DNA of 64,000 nt from Octopus vulgaris (Eukaryota), in assembly GCA_951406725.2 (NCBI GenBank), contig OX597824.1:37014001-37078000 (forward strand), in the 5' to 3' direction. Positions 54,861-64,000 of this stretch are shown here, piece after piece. The notes beneath the pieces are model-generated. The model did not search any database, was not told the DNA's origin, and saw only the letters and a program-made list of their open reading frames with translations. Made by a program: the position numbers and the translations under genes. Numbering within the stretch: position 1 is the first letter of the stretch; the number at the start of each line of letters is the position of its first letter.

Positions 54861-55176
54861 TGTAATGTAATTGTTTGTTCCTTCTTGAGCCATGCCTGGC
54901 TCATAAGGGCCGGTTTCTCAGTTTCATTAGCGTATAGGCTCCCCACCTGGATAGGACACCGGTCCATCGCAGGTGAGCTGCAAGATGCAGGAGGAAAGAG
55001 TGAGAGAAAGTTGTGGCGAAAGAGTCAGCAGAAGTTTGCCATTACCTTCTGCCAAAGTCGCGTGGAGCCTAGGTGTTTCGCTCATAAACACACACGTCGC
55101 CCGATCTGAGATTCGAACCCACAATCCCTCGACCACGAGTCTGCTGCTCTAACCACTAGGCCATGTGCCGCCACTC
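54861..55176 (-). mobile_element. Full-length tRNA-derived SINE (family C variant) with TSD
   Basis: 12-bp TSD gtactccaatgt at 54849-54860 and 55177-55188. A-box tggcctagtgg and B-box ggttcgaatc on the minus strand. Confidence 0.9.
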
Positions 55177-55399
55177 GTACTCCAATGTACAATATTATCT
55201 GTAAAATAGATAAAGCAGCTAAGTGCAAGCATGACTGTGTGGTAAGAGGTTTGCTTCCCAACCGCATTGGAGATGGGGGATTTGGCAAATGGAATCTGAA
55301 AGAGGCCCGTTGTATATTTATGTGTGTTTAAAAAGAGCCTGGAAAGAGAATTAAGAAGTATTATTACTACAAATAGGAAATAACAGTTCTAAATAATAT

Positions 55400-56697
55400 A
55401 TGTGGGATGTTCATTAAAGATTTCCTCTGACCCACTTCCCAAAGACTGGGATAAACAAAACTTAGCATAATTATCAAACTTTCTCTACATAACCACCACC
55501 AATGGTGACACACTTCTCCCATTGCTTTATGCAGCTGTGAAGACCTCGTCTGTAGAAGTTGGTAGGTTGTGTCAGCCAAGACTTTACCTCAGAAATGAGT
55601 TCAACATCATCCAAAAAGTGTTTCCCCTTCAAAAAGGGCTTCATGGTTGGAAAGAGGTGGAAGTCAGTTGGGGCAAGGTCAGGAAAGTAAGGGGGATAAG
55701 GAGGGATTTCATAGCCACAAGAGTATGCTTTCATCTGGGCAACATGCACATTGTGAACTAGGGAGAGTTATCTTGAAGGAGGTGGACTCCTTTGGTCAAC
55801 ATGCCATGCCTCTCTGCTTTGATGGCATCCTGCAATTTCTGCAGCAGAGAAGCATAAATAGGCCCCATTAATTGTGGTGCCTTTTGCCAGAAAATCCATC
55901 ATCGCTACTCTATACTGGTCCCAAAAGACTGAGCATCACCTTGTCTGCTGAGGGTTTGACACATGCCTTCTTTGGAGGTGTTGAGTTATCATGCTTCCTT
56001 TGCTTCGACTGGAAAATAGTCTCAGGACCATAGTGATGAACCCATGTTTCATCTTGTGTGATAAGTCTGCCAAAAAAGTCCCCCTCGTTTTCTTGGCACA
56101 TTGCCAAAAGAGCCTCAGAGCAATTGACTCATTCCTGCTTCTGAAAAGGTGGGAGCATCTGGGGAATCCATCATGCAGACAACTTCCACATGGGTAAACG
56201 GTCATGAATGTTTTTTTTCCATGGACCCTTCACTTAGCTTCACTTCTTTGACTAGTTGCCAAATAGTTATGTGACAATCCTCCAAAATGGTGGCTTCCAC
56301 ATTATGGATTGTGTCATCATCATCAACGGCAGAATGTGGTCATCCAGGAATAGGAACAGTTTCCACCAATGTCCAACCACATTTGAACTGGTGATGCCAA
56401 TACTTGACTAATCCATATGATGGTGCATCATCACCATAAACTTCTTTCATCTCATCAAAAGTCTCTTTTGGTGTACAACCTTTCAAGTATACAAACTTGA
56501 TCCCTGATCTGCATTCAACTGCCTCCATTATAACACCTTAGTCCACTTCAGCAGCCATAAAAGATAAACAAATACTTGTGGAAAACTGCAATTTACAATG
56601 TGACATGTAGAGACATATATGGTTATATCTGTTCAAATTCCGTTTCCTGCAATAACCAGAAGTGGGTCAGGGGAAATCTTTAGTGAACTACTCCTGT
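55400..56697 (-). mobile_element. Near full-length mariner (DD34D) with pseudogenised transposase
   Basis: MEAVECRSGIKFVYLKGCTPKETFDEMKEVYGDDAPSY, LITQDETWVHHYGPET and PPYFPDLAPTDFHLFP spread over several frames (coding region about 55474-56528). Confidence 0.93.
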
Positions 56698-56868
56698 GTG
56701 CATGTGTGTGTGTGTTTGTGTGTATCAATTAAATATAACGATAAAATCTATATAAGATTTTATTAAGTAGCCAGTGTGTAAAACCAATTATGGTAAAAAA
56801 TTAATACTAAGTATATAATTATTTAAATATACTTTGCTTATAGTAACAGCCCTTAATGTAATAATGTG

Positions 56869-56923
<55 letters not shown>

Positions 56924-58729
56924 AAATACAAAATGGGACAAGAACGCAATACATCCAGACAGTTAGGTGATGCAAAAATGGGACAACAAAACATCCAGAT
57001 AGACAATACAAAGAAAACAAGGACAGGTCATTCAAAGTTTTCTTTCCTCAGTCGAGTACCAGATTATCTTTGCAATTTCAGCTGATTATACTCGAGATTG
57101 CTCCAATCTGGCCAGCCCAAGGATAAAACTAAGCTAAGAGCATTAAATTCCTTGAAAGAAAGCACCAAATGTATACAAAAACAAGGACAGAAAAAAATGG
57201 ACATGTATAGGCCTTTATTCAAAAATAATATTTTCTTCATAAAGAAGGTTTCTTTTGTATGGATATATTATCCAAGTGGGCACTTTAAAGGTGCAAATAT
57301 GGAATATTTGCAAATATGGAATAACAATTGGCTAAAACATAACATAGGTGAATAAATGTAATAACTTATTAATTGACGGCACTATGATTAAAAAATCATT
57401 ATTCTATATATATTTTCTGTTTTCTTTAAACTTTTGATTATTTCTCCTATATAAATATAAATATATGTATATATGTAAGGGTCTGATGTGTCATCTATAA
57501 AGCTCTGTGCTTTATGGATGCAAAACCATTGCTCACTCTATGACCAGACATATACTTAGCTGCATATAAAATATATGTGTGTATGTGTGTGTGTATATAT
57601 GTATACACAAGCAAAACGTGTGTGTATCCCCCACCGTCCAATGGACGGTGCTGAATCATACCTGCTGAATAAAAAGCAATCAGTGTTTTCTTTTCATTAA
57701 AAAATAATTAAGCATGCCTTTATTTCAATAAAATTTTTGGTTTTGTTAAACGAAGTTAAGGCAAAAAAAAAAACTTCTTGACCCTGATAGCCATTTGATG
57801 TTTACATAAAATACCATTATGTCTTTATAATTTAATATTATTAGAGATAGTATTAGAAAAAATGTTAAAATGTTTTGTTAAAAATTGTTGAAATTTAATT
57901 TGGACCCCCAAAGGTCATGTGAACCCCAGTTGAGAATCAATGATTTAAAACCCTTGAAGGTGGTGCCCCAGCATAGCCACAGTCTAATGACTGAATTCAG
58001 TAGAAGAGAGTAAAAACAATATATCTTATAATATTCCAGTTGCCATATCCTTTGACAATGCCAGGATCAGGTTCAATGCCCAGTTAAAAATATTCCACTT
58101 CTCTGACACCAGAAATGTTCTCACAAAAATGATGCAATTATTTCATTGAAACAAATACAAAAAAAAGGACCAGTTCCAACAATAATTCTTTAGTTCTTCT
58201 TTGAATTACCTCTTCAATCAAGTGACTGAGTATTCCACAGACACTTGTACCTTTCATGGAATTCTCAAGCAGAGTCAGCAGGATATTCTGTATAACAAGA
58301 TTAGGCAATTTGAATCTATCTGATGAGCTTCAGCACAGTTTCCATCCACACATTTTCATTCACAAGGCTTTAGTCAGCCCAAGACTATGATAAAAAAACA
58401 GCCAAACTGCCTGGCTATGAGACTGAACTCAGTACTTTGTAATTGCTAATCAACCTCTTATCTATTCTGGCATTGTTTCCACCACAAAATAATTTATTAC
58501 TTAAAATACAAAACTATTGATTTAATTTTTTTTTTCTGCCACATCTTTTGTAATTTTCCTCAGTGATGGAAAATAAATAAATATTTAAATGGTTGAAACT
58601 CTGAAAATAATGTAAGTCAAAACAGTAAAAACATAAATAAAATTTATCAAAAAAATACAACTGAGACCAAGATTTTTCTGTTCTTTTTTTCTGTTGGCAG
58701 CACAGTATTTTGCATAGGTTTCTGCAACT

Positions 58730-58932
58730 TACCATTTTTTATGGCATATAAGAAGCACTTTTTTTTTTCAAAATAAATGTCTCAAAAAAAGAAAAATCAC
58801 CCTGAGTCCTATATGCAAAGTTGGGTCTTTCATAAGTTTTAATGCAATAAAAACATTTTTTCCTAAAAATGTGCTGCTGAAATTGGGATGAATCTAATAC
58901 ATTCATGTGTCTTTTATGCCATCAAAGACTGA
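58730..58932. mobile_element. Decayed pogo/Tigger-like MITE
   Basis: Degenerate inverted ends tacc..ttttatggcatataagaagcac and gtgtcttttatgccatcaaagactg. Confidence 0.45.
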
Positions 58933-59332
58933 ATTTATTTCTGGATCATCCTTCAAGCAGTGGAATTGGTTGAGGAAATAAACATTAATGTCATATTTTT
59001 ACAGTTTTTGGCTTACAAAGAATATAAAGAAACAAATGAAAGAAAGAGTTAATAAAATGGGTTTTTATTGGAAAACAGAAATAAACCTGTTCCTTTATAA
59101 TTTCAATTGTTGCAACCAAATGGTCTTCTTTTTCAAACAATGACTGTTACGTAATGATTGTGTGTTATGAGGGGAGGACATCATCACGAAAAAACATCAC
59201 ATGAAACAAAGCAGATGTCTCAATGATCCGCTTTATAATAATCAACACAATAAAATGGCATTTGGTGACATAAATTTCCTTTTATACTCTGACTGAATGA
59301 AACCACTTTGCGTATGCACACACACGCACGCA

Positions 59333-59391
<59 letters not shown>

Positions 59392-59464
59392 ACATGCAAG
59401 CACTTGTACACATGCAGGTATACATATATGCACAAATGCATACATACATGCATTTATATATATC

Positions 59465-59507
<43 letters not shown>

Positions 59508-59745
59508 TTTTGCTTGCTTCAGTTACTTGACTGTGGCTATGCTGGAGTACTGCCTTAATAGTCAAGTACATTAACCCCATTGTCCAAATGGTATTAATTT
59601 TATCAAACCCGAAAGCATGTAAAGTAAAGTTGACATCGGCATAATATGAACTCAGGACATAGAGATGGACGAAATACTGCTAAGCATTTTGCCCAGCACG
59701 GTAATGATTCTGCCAGCTTGCCACTTTCATAAATATATGTATATA

Positions 59746-60754
59746 TTGGGTCATCACATAAATAATGTGAAGGCACGTAGCTTAGTGGTTAGGGCATTCG
59801 GCTCATGATTGTGAGGTCGTGAGTTTGATTCCCAGCGACATGTTGTGTCCTTAAGCAAGACACTTTATTTCACATTGCTCCAGTCCACTCAGCTGGTAAA
59901 ATTGAGCTGTGCCTGTATTTCAAAGGGCCAGCCTTATCACATTCTGTGTCACACTGAATCTCCATGAGAACTATGTTAGGGGTACATGTGTCTGTGGATT
60001 GCTCAATCACTTGCACATTAATTTCACGAGCAAGCTGTTCCATTGATCGTATCAGCTGGGACCCTCGTCATCATAACCGACAGAATGCTCCTACATAAAT
60101 AATGCAGTTTTTTCAGTTGCATGAACTAAAAGTCAGAGGGGCACGGGATAAACTACCTGAGTGAACTTGCTATAAAAGAAGGTAGTTATTTTACCTTGTA
60201 CTTAGCACCCCATGCTAAAGAAGGTCTTCACCCACATAAGGTGTTATTATCTGTTGGGTGGGATATAAAAGGTTTAATCCACTTTGAACTTTTAAACCCA
60301 AACCAAACAATAAAGGGGATCTACTGCAAGCAGTTTGGGTGGTTTAAGTCAATGCTAGAAGGAAATAGCACCAACTTTGGTTTCAGGATGAAAGGTGTTC
60401 TCGGCCATATACAGTGAGAATGACAATTCAAATACTGGAGCAGTTTGAATGGGAAACGATTCCCCACCCACCATGTTCGCCAAATATAGCCCCATCTGAT
60501 TATTATTTATTCCGCAGTCTTCAAAATCATTTGGACGGAAAAAATATGAGGTCAGAACAGTACTGAAGGAGTATTTTTCATCACAGGCAAGTGAAATTTT
60601 AGAAAAGGGGCCTTACAAGTCTACCTGATAGATGGAGGTGAATTGCAGAAAATGAAGGAAAGTATATTTTAGATTAAAAAAGAACTTTGTTTATCTTAAT
60701 TTTAAAAATTAAAAGAAATATAAAAAGAACTGCATTATTTATGGGACGACCCTA
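59746..60754 (+). mobile_element. Internally deleted mariner with a SINE inserted in its left TIR
   Basis: TIRs ttgggtcatcacataaataatgcagtt and aactgcattatttatgggacgaccc. Peptides KEGLHPHKVLLSVGWDIKGLIHFELLNPNQTI and EWETIPHPPCSPNIAPSDYYLFRSLQNHLDGK. Confidence 0.92.
59768..60092 (+). mobile_element. Full-length tRNA-derived SINE nested in the mariner TIR
   Basis: 12-bp TSD acataaataatg at 59756-59767 and 60093-60104; A-box tagcttagtgg, B-box gagtttgattcc. Confidence 0.9.
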
Positions 60755-61514
60755 TGCATTTATCTATATATGTATGTATATATATATATATGTATGTATG
60801 TATATATATATATATGTATGTATGTGTGTGTGTGTGTGTGTGTGTATGTGTGTGTGTATTAAATAGAATGAGACAACAAAGCCAAGGCTGTGTAGCATTT
60901 TCAGGACATTTATAAAGAGAAAGTCTTACAGCTGTTTCTGGGATATTAGGGATATCCAATCATCAACGACACTGTGAGGTGGTTAAATAGAAGGAAATAC
61001 TAAAGTTTATCAGGTTGATAAATGCAAAATGTATAATTACCAATTTTGTTAGCTGTTGATTATATGGTATTAAGCAACCTAGGTAATGAATTAAGTTTTT
61101 TGAACACAAATTTGGCAGTTAGTAATAAATAAAAGCCCATGAAATAAGATCGCGATTGCAGTGGGCATTAGGGATCCTATATCTTACCTGAAGCGTTTTG
61201 TAGCTTGTATTTATTTTACTTGTAATGCTTGATACAACCGCATAAGAGCTTTTTTCAATGAAAGTCATGTATGATAAACAAAAGCAAACGTTTATAGCAA
61301 ACACACAAATAGAATAATGGCATGTACAAAACTAAATGTCAGAACATACTTATGAGTGAACAGCATGTGTGAAGTAAGAATGATCAGTGAAAGTAATGTA
61401 CTGTTATCAGCAATCATGGAAATGAAGTGAAATTATCAATGAAATGCTTGTAGGAAGTCTGATTGCTAACAGCTATAGTTTGGCGTAGATATGAAGATTG
61501 CAATAGAGGAGTAA

Positions 61515-62095
61515 CTACTGTAAAGCTGCTTTGTAGATGACATTTTTGGTTTTTCTTTTGGGATCATACATGAATAAGTTGTCTGGATGGCCAACTCTGG
61601 AACAACTGACATAGAACTGTTCATGTGAAAAGTATGACGTTCAAAGGTCCAATCCAACAACTTTCAGTGATTGACCTTGTGCTTTGTTAATTTTGGTGAA
61701 ACTGAGTTTGAGAGGGAACTAAAGTCACCACATAGTCTGTTGAGGCTAGCAAAATTTTCAGAATAAAAACGGTATCATTTTTGCCATTCCCCCTTATAAT
61801 TTGTGACTCAGTGATGTGGTCCATCATTTGTTTGACCACAAGGCAAGTTCCATTGCATAGTGTAGTTGTATTTAGATTGCATAGGAGGATAACAGGGCAA
61901 CTGACTTTTAAGTGAAGTTCATGGGGAGGGAGTCCTGAAGGATGTTGGGAGTTGAGAAATTCTGTTGGAAAGTGTATTACCTGATTGGGGTCAATAGTGG
62001 TGTCAACTGATCTGTAATGTCATTCTTGAGAAGGTAGCTTACTAAGTTAAAAGTGGTGACAGCTGCATTTGTAGGAGCAAGAACAGCCCTGTGCT
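61515..62095 (-). mobile_element. Helitron Rep/Hel PIF1-helicase C-terminal remnant (pseudogene)
   Basis: RAVLAPTNAAV...FPTEFLNSQHPSGLPPHELHLKVSCPVILLCNL...LCNGT...INKAQGQSLKVVGLDL*TSYFSHEQFYVSCSRVG...TKNVIYKAALQ*; these are diagnostic Helitron helicase motifs, with stops and frameshifts. Confidence 0.92.
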
Positions 62096-62617
62096 AATGT
62101 GCAAATATCAGCAGTTTGCAGGGAATGGGCATTGTAAAAACTGTACAACTGTCACAGCTTTGTATGAATAAAAGCAGAGAATATATATAGTATTGATTAA
62201 ATTCTGAATATATATAATATGATTAATTTCCAGATATGACATGGATTAATTTCTGAAGTGTTTAAAAAAATAATTGAAAGTTGATTTAAATTGAATGGCT
62301 ACCTCAAAGAAGTGCTAATGTGCAAATATCAGCAGTTTTCTGTGAATGGGCATTGTAAAAGCTGTAGTAGAAGACAAAGTGAAAGTAGCATAACTACGTT
62401 ATCAAGAGTAATGTCTCTTGAAGCAACGATCGTTGGTATTTGTTATTTACTTATGAGTAGATGTTTTCATCTCCCGGGGGCAGCATTGCACATTATGTTG
62501 AAAATTTGAAGTGTCTATGACCATCTCTGGAACATAAGTGATGTATGTTCCCAGCATGAATGAAATTGGATGAAAAATATTGATTTTAAGGGGGAATCAA
62601 GAAAATGTATGTGTACA

Positions 62618-62655
<38 letters not shown>

Positions 62656-63155
62656 TCTTCCATTTTATTATATATAAGGTATATATATATATATACATAT
62701 ATAATATATATATATGTGTGTGTGTGTGTATACATATATATGTATGTATGTAACGATATACATATGGATATATATATTATATAATCCAAGGAAAATAGGG
62801 ATGAAAAACATCCAATCTTTCACTGACTCCACAGTTAAATACCCAATTTTGCAGAGAAAAAAGAACTTTACAAATTACATGGGTATCTATTAAATTATAA
62901 AAATGATTAGAAAATGGAGATGTGTAACAATTTGCAATTCAAAAATTAAAATTTTTAATTTATTAGCATAATAATATATTATATCATATTCTTATCATAA
63001 TATTAATATAATACAATATAATAAGTAATAAATATTAAATATAAATCACATAATCTTTCCTAAGTGGTGATGATGATGATGATGAGGAGGAGGAGGACAA
63101 CGATGATGACAATAATGACAACAACATTATAGATTAGCAGACACACACAAACTCT

Positions 63156-63196
<41 letters not shown>

Positions 63197-63266
63197 GTGT
63201 GTGTGGGTGTGTGGGTGTATATATGTATATGTATATATGTATATATGTATATATGTATATATGTAT

Positions 63267-63305
<39 letters not shown>

Positions 63306-63474
63306 TAGATATATATGCTTGCCTGTTTGTAAATAGAGACAACATTACCTCTTGCACCCAACAAGGGACCCTCTACATGGTTACACAGCCTACAAGAAAT
63401 AGCAGTCAATTCTCTTTCAGACGACATGCTGCTGTCTTATTGAACACATGTAGAGAGTATTTTGATAATTCTAA

Positions 63475-64000
63475 ATATTGGTTTCAAATTTTGGTACAAG
63501 GCCCGTAGGTTTCAGGGAGAAGATAAGTTGAGCAAATCAACACTAGTGTTCTGCTGGTACTTATTTACTGATTTCAAAAGGATGAAAGACAAGCCAACCC
63601 AACAGAATTTATACACAGAATGTAAAGACAAGCAAAATGCCGCTAAGTATTTTACCTGGTGTGCTAATGATTTTGCCAGTTCACTGCCTTGATAATGTTA
63701 ACTAATTCTAAGGCGGTGAACTGGCACAAATGCTAGCATGCTGGGCAAAATGTTTAGCGATATTTCGTCAGTCTTTACGTTCTGAGTTCTAATTCCACCA
63801 AGGTTGACTTTGCCTTTCATCCTTTCGGGGTCGATAAATTAAGTGCCAGTTGCATTCTGGGGTCGATCTAATTGACTGGCCCCTTCTCCAAAAATTTCGG
63901 CCCTTGCGCTTAGAGTAGAAAAGAATATTGACTAATCCTTTCTACTATAGGCACAAGGCTTGGAATTTGTTGGAAAAGGGGCTAGTCAATTACATTGACC
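63475..64000. mobile_element. Cluster of SINE family A copies in alternating orientation
   Basis: Minus copy 63475-63690, plus copy 63710-63925, and a minus copy from about 63935 running off the window. Confidence 0.85.

Noticed and set aside
61188-61260. Strong minus-strand donor CAG|GTAAGA
   Set aside because: No clear acceptor or frame could be assigned; may be an exon but unsupported.

Overview
AT-rich, repeat-dense eukaryotic non-coding DNA. The SINE families and microsatellite load are those I recognise from Octopus (coleoid cephalopod) genomes; this is inference, not a database result. There is no intact long ORF, and nearly all ORF-track entries are microsatellite or SINE read-throughs. 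Content: dozens of tRNA-derived SINEs, several with clean TSDs; decayed Tc1/mariner transposases; piggyBac-type and pogo-type MITEs; CRE-, Jockey/I- and RTE-type LINE fragments; a Helitron PIF1 helicase remnant plus two non-autonomous Helitrons; and Penelope-like fragments with minimal hammerhead-ribozyme motifs. A series of short, mostly phase-compatible exon candidates on the minus strand suggests the window is largely introns of one unidentified gene (low to moderate confidence). Two structures stand out: (1) a 409-bp TSD-flanked element combining a tRNA-like Pol III head, an (AAT)n tract and two inverted Penelope-type hammerhead modules (29440-29848); (2) a near-perfect ~500-bp palindrome with a 2-nt spacer, made of two head-to-head SINE bodies (24402-24904).
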